Shown here one piece after another: positions 1 through 15,042 of a stretch of DNA of 39,448 bases (positions within the stretch are counted from its first letter, which is position 1; each line of letters starts with the position of its first letter). Under the pieces are notes generated by a model. That model made no database searches, was not told the origin of the DNA, and saw nothing but the letters and a program-made list of their open reading frames with translations. This stretch comes from Catajapyx aquilonaris. Taxonomy: Eukaryota. The position numbers and the translations under genes were made by a program. Where the stretch lies: contig JYFJ02003626.1 in assembly GCA_000934665.2 (NCBI GenBank), positions 1-39,448 on the forward strand. The letters are read 5' to 3'.

Positions 1-530
1 TAAAGTCAAAATGCAAGCGACAGACAAAAGAGAGGAGGCGGGTAACCTTTCTGTCATTGTCACTAATTAGTAACACCATTAGCTCTTGGTAACACTTACT
101 GTAACATTCGCCTAAGTTTGTGTGACCTTATACCCCCAAAAAATTTCGCCTGCGGCGGGCTGCTTCTTTGCCCTTCCATCATTCATGAGGGGGGTGCGTG
201 CGTCTATTCCCCGTCGCCCGGGGTGCCTAATTCCGCCTAATCCTTTTGCTACGCCCCTGCCGTGTGCTATCATTTCTTTCTCTGCAAAACATATGGACAT
301 CGTTCCAACTTTGATTTCTCACTTTTCCTCTCAGTGGCGATGCACGGATAATCCGCAACACGGATCAGTGTATGTTCCTCCTTACCAGCGCCCCCCCNNN
401 CGCCCCCCCCCCCCCCCCCCCCGTGCATTCTGAGTTCTAAGGTTCGCCCCCACAGTTAGAAATGACTTCCGACGTCCCTGCAGAAGTGCTCGAAAGCGGA
501 AGGAAAATTGGACAGTGTTAGGTAATAATG

Positions 531-754
531 TGTCAACCCACAAAAATGACAAAATTGAGTTATGCCCAGGAACATACACCAAAGGATAGTCTTACCGGTC
601 CTTCATTCAGTTAAAATCAAGGTGGCGCAATCTCCACACTTCTGCCACAAATGACCGAATAGTTAACCCGTGAATGGTGTGCATGGACGGTGTTATGCAA
701 TGATTTGTCAACCCACGAAAATGTCAAAATTGAGTCAAGCCCAGGAACATACAC
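531..754. repeat. Imperfect ~49-bp direct repeat (531-579 / 706-754), probably inside an unclassified insertion in intron 1 of hydrolase copy A
   Basis: TGTCAACCCACAAAAATGACAAAATTGAGTTATGCCCAGGAACATACAC vs TGTCAACCCACGAAAATGTCAAAATTGAGTCAAGCCCAGGAACATACAC, offset 175 bp. Confidence 0.6.
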
Positions 755-1095
755 TTAAAGCAGCAGAGGTTCTTAACCTTTTCGGGCTTCCGCACCCCTT
801 TGAAGACTATATTGGTCCTTGTCGCACCCCCTTTACCAGGGGTGATGGATTACGTGTAAAGCGTTCATGTCAGATTCGAGCATTATATTAATCCGTGCAG
901 TGGGCTATATCAATTCATTCTCTCTTCAAAGCTTAAGAGTATAATAATTATGCCCATCTACTTGTATAGTGATACGCAGACTCTGCACATAAAAATGCTG
1001 AAGTAAGCTTCTTTAGAGGTTATCCGTTAACAAAGATATTAGTGTACTACATATCATGTGCTCAAACATATGTGCGAGTCATTTTCTACGTTCAC

Positions 1096-1359
1096 CTTAG
1101 TTAACGATCCGATTCCAAATAGAGTATTTTCATCTGCATCTTCATTTTTCTCGAGGTTCGGATGACAATATCCGGTGTTTCTTTCGATGGTTCCGTTCAG
1201 GACTATTCCCAAGGAGAGGCCGGGAACATCGAACACGTCCATAAACAGTTTTGCAGATGTGTCCACTATCTCCCACATGTCCGGCTCTTGTCCATTCACG
1301 ACGACAGGAAGCGGCAAAAATGCTGCCCACCATAATGGGATCAACCACTTCACCTTCAT
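1096..1359 (-). CDS. Beta-lactamase-family secreted serine hydrolase, copy A; first coding exon only (rest presumably left of the window, or a truncated copy)
   Basis: 88 codons MKVKWLIPLWW...FGIGSLTK ending at the AAG|GTGAAC donor. Near-identical to exon 1 of copies B and D, with signal peptide and SxxK (SLTK). Exon 2 (AFTATMAVK...) is not found in 1-1095. Confidence 0.8.
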
Positions 1360-1771
1360 TTTAACCTATGATTCAAACATAATTCTGAAGTTTATCACAA
1401 TTAACCGTAACTCCTAGGAATGCTATAAAAATATGCCGCAAGATGTTCAATGCATGTTTATTGCGTAGAACGGACACCTGCTCGGCGTTGAAATATTATA
1501 TAATACAAGACAGGAGTGACTCCGACTATTATAGGAAGTTTGCATGTCTTGCCTTAAAAAATGATGCACTGTACCTGATGTATGACCGTTGAGCGATGTT
1601 TCCAGTTCTTTTGCACGCACGTAACCATTAGCTCTTGACGTTACTACGTAATATGATTCAGACCGTCACCGATACTCACCTTGTTCTCAAAGGTGTTCGA
1701 GTGGATTAAATAGTATAAGGCGAAGTATTTTTGTGGCTGCCAATATGCACAGTACTCATGACGTTATATAT

Positions 1772-2020
1772 GAAGGGGTTAGTGCCATAACGTGCTAAGC
1801 CACACTTTTGTGTTTTTTGAGCTTGCACGTGTCTGAAAGTCCCACCATCGTGCTTCACAAGTGGGCATCACGTAGTTAGCAAAATTCCTCATAGATCACG
1901 AGAAAATCACGAATAATGTTCCTTGTTTTGTATGATTTGCCATATTAAGCCAAACTTTTGAAAGCCCATATCTCAGAATGAAGGTTTTGTGGCTTAGCAC
2001 GTTATGGCACTAACCCATTC
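1772..2020. mobile_element. Non-autonomous DNA transposon (MITE), possibly Sola-like
   Basis: ~33-bp TIRs GAAGGGGTTAGTGCCATAACGTGCTAAGCCACA / TGTGGCTTAGCACGTTATGGCACTAACCCATTC, flanked by ATAT on both sides (4-bp TSD). Superfamily call is tentative. Confidence 0.75.
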
Positions 2021-2894
2021 ATATTTGTGCTGATTCATCGTGCCCTTGACAGTGCAGTGGCATGAAGCGTTAATTAATTATATGCGACCTGGGTCTCTGT
2101 ATACGTAGGAACCTTTGAATTTATTGCAGACTAACGACATCCGCTAATGTTTTAAAATGAACAGCAAGATTGCACGTAATATTTTGAAGGACTTTAAGAT
2201 ACATAGCTATTGACAAAATATATCCAAGGTATATCTACCCTTGAGCATAGCAACCCATTAGATAATGAATTAAGGTGTACTCTGTAGATAAGCATCACAG
2301 ATATGACACTCCGTGACCGAGTTTGACCTTTTAACCTTACCAAGAGTGACTTGCTACATGGGTCTGTTAAAAATCCGATTGAAGTGTTTGTCTGCATTAT
2401 CATTGTAGAGCCATAGTAAAAATAACGTAACTTAGATAATTTATGACATGGATCACTTAATATCCTCTTCATCATAATTGCACATTTTTGTTGTTTTTGC
2501 TTTCACACATACGTTATACAGTGCATGTGGCGCCTAACGTGTTATCTGACATGGTATCTGATCTGAAAGTAAGTTATTTTCTCTATGCAACACCACCGGT
2601 CAACGCCTGACAAAGCTATGCATATGAATAACATACTGATATGCAGAACTACTAGGGGGGTCACATTGCCTCTGAATATTAGCTTAATTTGCCGTGTCTT
2701 TTGTGAGGCCCAGGTCTGATCGTAGAGAAAAGTTTCACCCGTCTTGTAAAATATGAGGGAAATGCAATGGAGAAATCATGAGCCCAAATCGATTTATGTC
2801 CATCTTATGTTATTACGAATTTACAGTCAGTGCCAACGTATGTTGGAAAAGCTTTCACTACTAGATAGTCAATTGACTTGGACAGATTGTGCTG

Positions 2895-2946
<52 letters not shown>
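2895..2946. repeat. (CAT)n microsatellite just past the polyA signal of copy B
   Basis: About 17 perfect ATC/CAT units. Confidence 0.95.
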
Positions 2947-2947
2947 C

Positions 2948-2953
2948 TTTATT
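2948..2953 (-). terminator. Putative polyadenylation signal AATAAA of hydrolase copy B
   Basis: TTTATT on + strand ~24 nt past the stop. Same position conserved in copy D (14614-14619); variant AATAGA in copy C. Confidence 0.55.
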
Positions 2954-2976
2954 TAACCTCCCATACAAAATCTGCT

Positions 2977-6615
<3,639 letters not shown>

Positions 6616-7477
6616 CTTCACCCTTGACATATTAAAACAAATAAAACACATGAAGTTTTTGCCCATTACCCGTAGTAATTCGATTCCTATAGAGTTCCAC
6701 TGTTATTAATTTAAACAAAACTGCTGCTAATTAATGACTATACCTTACTGGAGCCAAGCACAGCATGTAGTTTGGCTCATTGTAATTTATGTGCTTGTGA
6801 CTGGAGTCAAAGGACATCCTAGAATGCGCCTCTGGAACCTCCCAGTTTTCCTATCTCCGTGGAGATGCCCTCACACAACAATATGAGTAGACACTTTTCT
6901 TTTGCTGACATGTTTACTCTTATTGTTCCATGAGGGCATCTTCATGGAAATCCCGATGCTGGATAATAAACATAAATTGTATCCGTAGTCTGCACTGTAC
7001 CTGATGTATATGACCGTTGAGCGAGCTGACCGAGCTCCTTTCTCCCTTGGATGTTTCCAGTTCCTTTGCAGGCACGTTACTTAGGCCATATGATCCATGA
7101 CACTGACACTCATATTGTTGTCAATCTTATCAAAGGTGTTATAGAGTGGATTAGATAAAATGGGAAATATTTTTGTCACGACCGATATGCACTCATGATG
7201 CTTTAGCACAGTTGAACTACAGTATTTCAGCGTTCCGGGCGTGAACCTCAAACCTGCAAGTAGTATATGACATGATACCGTACCATTAGCGAAGGTATGA
7301 CATATGATCACTTCTTAATCTCTCGTTTAGATGCACAGTACACATCTATTTGTTGTTGTTTTTGCACATTATGTATACGATGCACAGTGTTCAACCTTAC
7401 ATGTTATCTGCGATTACACATTTAGGGAATTGATTTCTACACAACATCTCGCCAGTCAAGAGTTGTTGACCCAGCTA

Positions 7478-8678
7478 CATGGATAACAAAATTATACATG
7501 TTTTTTTTTGTTTGTGTCGATTTTTTAATGTTTTCTTGTGTGATTGTAGGCGCTGATTCTGAATATGAAATTTGTTTTTCTCTATCGTCAACCGTTAGCT
7601 TAGAAATGACGACCCTATGTTATGTATTTATTCTACATAACAATTTGTTATGGCAATTTTTAAAAGAATTTCACAGTCACAAAGTGATACGTTTTCCACG
7701 GTATAGTCAATACTGAATAGAAATTATATGAGAACACTCCCTTAAAAACTCATTTCTCTCAAAAATTAATATTTGAGTGACTTTTTCTATTATGAACACC
7801 ACTGTCACTTCGTAGTAAACTCCGAAATGTCGTCTGCATCCCACCTTCCCTGGTACCTCTTCTCCATGTCAATATAAATATCTTGAAGAAAGCCCTCACC
7901 ATTATGTTCTTCACTCACATCACCCAAATCGTCCGGGGAAAAGAATCCAAATTGGAGTGCAATTATAGTGCACCTTAAGAGACATTCGGAGAGCCATGTT
8001 CTTTTACGCATGCAGCATATTTTTCTATGAGGTCCTTGTATAGTTGTCACTCTCTCTGTTTCCAAGGAAGCCATACACAACATGGCGAAATGTATTCCAA
8101 GCCCATTTTTCAATATGAGTCATTTTATCCTCCAATTCCTTTGACTCCAGCATCTGCTTCACTTGTGGGCCATTGAAAATGCCAGCTTTTACTTTGGCTG
8201 CAGATATCGTAGCTTTGGGAACATTCATTGACTGTATGCACTGTAAGGGACCTTCTTCTCCATGCAATTGTCTTACAAATTGCTTTACTAACCCCAACAA
8301 TATGAAGCGGTGGAAGCAACACCTTTTCTCTTGGCACGAGAGGATGTGTTGGCCTATAGCGCTAGCCTATGGGGTGGGTGCGGTGGAGGGACTGAGAGGG
8401 GAAATCCCTTGGTGAGTGACACATCTTTGTTAAAAGTGGTGCCCTTTTGACATATTTGCCCCCTTCCAATCATTTCAGTAACTTACGTTAGTATTGCAAT
8501 ATATAGACTAACTCCATAGAGAGCATAAAAGGAGACAAAACTGTGAAAATATAAAACATGGAATAACTTCAAAACCTTAGATGATAAAGCGAAACCGATT
8601 ACAGATTTGAACTCGGCACACCAAAATCATTACAATGCCGTCAGAAAATTAAGTCAAAGAGTTTATTGTTACCTAGTG
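7478..8678 (-). mobile_element. Degenerate Chapaev3-like (CMC) DNA transposon remnant with frameshifted transposase C-terminus
   Basis: Overlapping minus-strand fragments REKVLLPPLHI / LGLVKQFV..AKVKAGIFNGPQ / DLGDVSEEH..MEKRYQGRWD (7805-8337). Ends CATGGATAACAA.. / ..TTGTTACCTAGTG followed by TTA. Family assignment is from recalled motifs. Confidence 0.7.
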
Positions 8679-9393
8679 TTATCAGAGGCTCATGTATTTT
8701 ACAAGCAATTAATATGTAGTCAAAATGCTGTCAGTAAAAATGGTGTCTTACAATATAATAATGAACAAATCAGGGCATTATATTCCATTACTCATGCAAT
8801 TACACAAGGAGCATTATCACACCCTGAATATGCTGCTTATTGCAGTAAGACCCTATCAGTACTGTACGACACATTCTAGAAACCCACCTCTTTCTCTGCT
8901 GGAAACTGAACTACTGCCTGCTTTTGCCTTGACTCTTCCAACATGTGGTTATATTACAGTGAATTAATAACCTTGCTTGCATGTTGAGCACCTGTTCAGT
9001 TCGTCATGAGACACATGACGAATATGATACTCTGCGGAGTGCAACGTCCCAGCACAAATGTCTGGCATCTATTGTCTCGTGAGTCACGTTCTAAACTTCC
9101 TTCAGGTGTTGGATGGTTCTTCACAACTGCTATTCCTTCATTTTACTAATGCGCAGTTAGTAATACTCGGAACGATTGAACGACAGTACCTAGGTAGTAT
9201 GATTAGTGCAATGTAATCCACTGACTGTGAGTGTATCAAAGAGCCTCGCAATAATCAAAATTAACTCATAAAGGTTGAAGGAAATTTGGGATACCATAGA
9301 TCTGCATTTATTGTTCAATGAGTCTTCATATTTATCATCATCATCACCACCACCATCATCATCACTCTATTTAAATTCCCTGTCACAGTTTCT

Positions 9394-12300
9394 TCAGCAA
9401 TCGGTATTATTCCACGGTTTTACTGGTCCATCCGAAAGTTTCAATCCTCTTTTGAAAAGCAAGTCCGATAGTCTATTGAAGGTCATTTGGATCTCCAGAG
9501 TGTTCCGTGTTCCGTTGGGCTGCGGATCGGAGAATACAAACGGCACTGTCTCGAAAATGAGAAAATCGGCCACAACAGAGCTATTCGGTATGTCCATCAG
9601 GAATACATCTGCGTCACTAGTCGCCAGTAGAGGAGCAATGAAAAATGTGCTATTGGCGACGAGGCCACCATTTTCGTATGTCACCGTCATATTGCCTGGA
9701 ATTAATGCATCATCACCATCACCATCATCGTTTCAATTTACAATCATCTTATCTTACCAAAGACAAGGTTTCCATATTCTCCGGTGTAATGATCCGCATC
9801 CAAGGAGAAGTCTTTTGCCAATGGAGATGAAGTAGAGTCAGCAGCATAACTACTCAGGGCTTTTGTGTCTGTTTTCAATGCTTTAATTTTCTCTTTGGCA
9901 TCTACGTTTCCTGCACCATCTGCAATGTTCGTCACATTTAAAATACTTGTGTCACCTTTGTATTACGTTATGGTCGTGGTATTTTTTAAAGATCATTCAT
10001 TCATTCATTGTTGATGGGAATAAGCTGTGAGTGAAATGAATGAATGAATGTATGTATGCATATTTTTTTAAACTTACTTGTAACGAGCTCAAATATTAAA
10101 TCATGCAAATAGATAGCCACTAGGTCTGGTCTCACAAGATCAGGCCCGCTTGTCAGGCAGACAATCCCCAATTTAAGCTGGGGGAATAGGTTCAATAAGC
10201 TGCTATATTGATTCCAATAGCCATCATGCATCAGTCGTGAATAGTCTGCAAGATAAATTCATTATTCGAGTGAATAAGTTGTATGGACGGAATTCTTACT
10301 GTTTGACATTCCAGTGAAAATGCCAAGCCCATATCCGTAATAATACTCGTGTACTGATTTGTCTGGTGCTTCTACGGGATTGTCTTGTCCCATGACTGGC
10401 TTGTACAATTCATCCAGAGCATTTTTATCCACCAATCCTTGGCCTTCTTCCAAATGAAATTGCATCCATTTCATCATGTCCGTAGAGGTTGAAACTATTC
10501 CTCCTGCTGGATAGTCCGGTTTAATTCTCCTGCGTGGAAATGTTGGTTTCAGACAAGGGAGGGTTTCACTCATCATTATTTATGTACAGCACCGTCAAAC
10601 AGGGTGACGTTGGGCGCCAGGGTGAACTTGGCCTCAATTCCAAAAATGTCATTAATGAATATTTAAGGTAACGCGTGTTATAAAAATGAGACTTTCAATC
10701 ACTTCATGCCATTATACGGCAGCGCTTAAAATTTTCACCTGTGGCGACATATCTAGGTGAGCAAGGAAATAAATGATAATATCTTCACACTTATATCTTT
10801 GTAAAACGGACATTTTGGACTGGTTCACCACGTTTGACGGTATATTAAAATCTAATATCTTACAAAGATAGGTTCACATCAACTGGTTTTAATGAACCGT
10901 CTAGTGAAAGGAAGTAAGGGGTGGCTGCATTCAAATGATCAAAGTTTTTCACCATGTCCTCCAACAGCATGCTTTCCGTCATTTCCAGGGGATTTAGCAG
11001 CTCTTGTTTGATCTGATAAAATCACCATTTTATACATATAACACTTCCAGACTTCCTGACGCGAAATATTTGAATAGTTGAACATGCTGGTATACCAGAT
11101 CTTCCCACTTTTGTCCTGTGATTTGCTCCATTACCCAGCCTGCCGTTGTGTACATTGCGTTGTTGTACAAGAAATCACTTCGGAAAGAGCACGATTCAGG
11201 AAGGTACCTCGTTCGCCTGAGAAGAAAGGAGGGCGCATTCAATTTATGCCACACTGATTAAAATATGTTTTGGTGATGTGCATGATGCCCTTACCATACG
11301 TATTCATCCCTGTCCACAATGTAGCCTGTGTAGAGATTCCAATCATTGGTAAATAGGCAGGTCCTGTGACTTAGTAAATCCCTAATCGTAATGTATTCAG
11401 AACGAAATCTGAAAGGATGCAAAGTTTCATTAATTAATACCACATTATCCCAAGACAATGAACACCTATGGTACATTAAATAACCGCCGCATTCCTACCT
11501 GTCCAGTAAGTAATACGTATTGTTCTTCGGCAGAAGGTTGACAATTGGTTCGTCCAGAGAAAGCTTTCTTTCACTAAATATCTTTACTGCCATTGTAGCA
11601 GTGAAGAGCTGTATGAATAAAATTAAGACAAAAGTTTGTTTGTCATAATTTCTAATAAAATAATCACGAGATAGCCAGAGTGAGGTACATCATTGTGTAG
11701 GGCCAGTCGGGGTGAATACACTGTAAACCGCAAAACATTAAAAAAGCATCACTGGTGAGTCTCTCATGGTACATCAATTTCTAATGCTCTTCTAATGCTC
11801 TGCTGATGCTCTTGTGATGCTTTTTAGCAACAAAAAAGCATCACAGGAGCATCACAAGAGCATTAGAAGAGCATTAGAAATTGATGTACCATGAGAGACT
11901 CACCAGTGATGCTTTTTTAATGTTTTGCGGTTTACAGTGTAGGCATGAAGGGTATAATTATTGTAAAGTTTATTATTTGAATTTATGCAAGATACGGTTT
12001 TGAGTTCATCTGCAAATATCTGCGCATGAAAGATTTTTGCATTGTTTTTTTATGTTGCATCAGCACATGATTTAATCAGAGCCTCAAATTCGTGTGGCTA
12101 AATTGGACTCAGTGATTTTTAACGTGAGACAAAGATCAAGGAACATTAATAATGTTTGGGTATTACTTATTCAAGTCTCAAGCAAGACCTTTCATATTAT
12201 AAGAGTCCACATCATACTTGCCCCCGTTTCACCCTATAAACAGTAAACCCGATGAGTGATTCTCATTCACCTTAGTCAATGATCCTATGCCAAACCGAGT

Positions 12301-12525
12301 CTTTTCATCGACACTGTCTTGCTTTTCAATGTTTCGGAAACCATAGCCTTTGTTTCTTATGATGGTTCCATTCAGCACGATTCCCAAGGAGAGGGCTGGA
12401 ACTTGGAACTCATCCATAAGCAACTCGGCATATTCGTCAACTTTTTGCCATATGTCCTGCTCTTGTCCATTCACGACGACACCCAGCAAGAAAACTGCTG
12501 CCCAGGATGGAATTAACCACTTCAT
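9394..12525 (-). CDS. Beta-lactamase-family secreted serine hydrolase, copy C, ~536 aa
   Basis: Exons 12525-12271, 11608-11499, 11408-11295, 11216-11096, 11012-10864, 10529-10300, 10245-10078, 9919-9758, 9695-9394 (1611 nt, no internal stop seen). Motifs SLTK, LLSH, YNN, HDG. Confidence 0.9.
10592..10840. mobile_element. pogo-like MITE in intron 5 of copy C
   Basis: TIRs CCGTCAAACAGGGTGA / TCACCACGTTTGACGG followed by TA. It enlarges an intron that is ~80 nt in copies B and D. Confidence 0.65.
11719..11939. mobile_element. Foldback MITE (near-perfect 221-bp palindrome) with CACTGTAAA termini, CACTA/EnSpm-like, in intron 1 of copy C
   Basis: CACTGTAAACCGCAAAACATTAAAAAAGCATCACTGG... is mirrored by ...CCAGTGATGCTTTTTTAATGTTTTGCGGTTTACAGTG. 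TA on both flanks; internal ATGCTCT-type subrepeats. Confidence 0.85.
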
Positions 12526-14642
12526 CTTCACCTGGACGTATTAAAACGCATTAAGTTTAACACATTTCATTGTAGGATAAAATCATAATTATGTTCATTT
12601 ACATAATATTTACTGCACCCTTCTTCACTCCTTGTAGTTAATTTAATAGCTTACCTTATGTCATGCGAACATAGAATAGTCCAAAGCACAATAATTACAT
12701 TCTTGAAATAAAAATTAATATTTTTTTCTCCTTCATAATAAAATTAATTATTTTTGGGTTCGTGGGAAAAGTCACCTTCTGGAAAACATAATTTTTGCAT
12801 GGAAATCCCCCATCTTTTGGATCATGGATTTTACTGAAAATATTATTTTGCATAAATTTTGGCTTCGGTGGACGTGGAATGCAATTTGAGAGTCTTACGT
12901 ACATAAAATGTATTGAATGAACTTTGAGAGTGAAGCTATAGTAATTTTAATTCATTGACGACTAAGCTTAAAAAAATCAGGCACTCTGCACTATACAGCT
13001 CATACCCAACTTACGTAGCCCCGAATTATGTACACCACTAGTAACTAGCAGATCCAGACTGTCAGGAACTTCAAATCACAGATTTTTACGGATCAAATAA
13101 TGGTAAAGTAGTGATATTTGGAAGCCACGTTATATTTTCCATGCGCGGTCTCGGGGCGCTAGTCCCTGGGACAATTATAATTGATAAGGTACAGTTTTGC
13201 AAAGTCACGATAACGTTCTTAACAGCGGTGGACAAGACTCACAGTGATAGTGAGGTCATCATAAAACCACACAAATACACCAACAAAAATATATTGTGCC
13301 TGGACCGTACACCGGCAAAAATATTGTGGTTTCGAAATCTCGCTTATAATAGACAGTAGTCTATACCTATACGTATAATATAATAAAACATGGCTTCGAG
13401 TTACATAAAAGATAAAACTATATTATTTTACACTTATGGATTTGGAACAATACGTGTTTAAGTTGGGAACTGCCTGTTTTGACTCTAATGTGATTATTTT
13501 TTAAAATCACTCGACTTTTCGTGCTTATTGTCCATTTGTAGAATTTGATCACTGTAACATACATTTAAAGTATAATATTTCCAACACCAACTACTGTTAT
13601 CACCCTTGACACTTCACAGTACCGGTTGTAGTACAGTTGAGCGAAGTGACGATGCTGCTTCCTTCCTGAGCTATTTCAAATCACCTACACCCACGTAACA
13701 TAGATCATATGATCACTGAGAATGACGCTCAGATTGATGTCAAATGTGTTCGAGTGGATTAGATAGAGAGTGAAACACTTTTGTCGCAGTCGATATGAGC
13801 TCATGACTTTATGCTGTAGTTTTGGCGTACATTGTACATACGTGTAATTTGAACAGTTTCTCTCATTTCCTTCAACCCAAAGGCGCGAACTTTTTGAACG
13901 CCCCTCGTATATTGTAGTTTACAATGGGAAAGATTCATACGACAATTATGCAGGTCCAACATTTTTATTGGTTGTAATTTACAATAATGGCTTCCTCTTA
14001 GTTTAATACACAACCGTATCACTCTCAACATTTTGAAGGGCATAATGACAGATTACAGGATATGTAGGTAGATAATAATTATGCAGAGATAAAGATTATA
14101 TAATTTTAGAGGAGTCTGCTTTAGGTGCGGATAATGAATGAAGGTTTAAAGGTTCAGATGAGCCGCAAAAATACAGGACACTGATATTCCTTCATTTTGC
14201 TAATGCCCAGTTATTAGTAACACTCGGAACGATTGAACGACAGTACCAAGTACTATAATTAGTGCAATGTAATCTACTGACTGTGAGTGTATCAAAAAGG
14301 TTTTTTTGACAGAAGCCTCGCAATAATAATCAAAATTAATTAATAAGGCTTGAAGGAGATTTGGGATACTACCGTTATATAGATCTGCTTTATGTTATTG
14401 AGTGTTTTAGATACTAAATCCAATATATTAAAGATTCAATCTGAGCGGATTTCATGTTTACTTCCTATTGAAAGACATTTTCTTGCGTTCTTCATTCTGT
14501 ACATTATGCGCATAAAGTTTATTTCAACTCACCGCACAAATCAGTAAGTGATTGAATTTCTTTTCTTCTTGTAAATTGCATTAGGAATACGTATTCATAT
14601 TCATCACCATCACTTTATTTAACATTCATGTTAAAAGCTGCC

Positions 14643-14973
14643 TTAGCAATCAGTATTATTCCACAGTTTCATTGGTCCATCCGAAAGAAGCAAACCCCTT
14701 TTGAATGTTAAGCCAGGGACTCTGCTGTAGTTCAGCATGTGGACCTCCAGCGTGTTACGTGTTCCGTTGGGCTGCACGTCGGAGAATGCGTACATTACAT
14801 TTCCGAGTTCTTGCAAATCGGCCACAACAGAGCTCCTCGACATGTCCATCTTGAACACGTCGGTGTCATTCGTCTCCAATAAAGGAGCTGTTAAAAATCC
14901 ACTCTTGACGAAGAGGCCACCATTTACGTAGGTCACCGTGATATTGCCTGAAATTAGTGCATCATCATCACCC

Positions 14974-15042
<69 letters not shown>

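Noticed and set aside
391..422. Poly-C tract as a functional G-quadruplex or Pro-rich ORF
   Set aside because: Contains Ns, so the assembly is unreliable here.
1175..1417. Recurrent plus-strand ORFs (1175, 6332, 12350, 18227, 22739)
   Set aside because: Antisense shadows of the duplicated exon 1.
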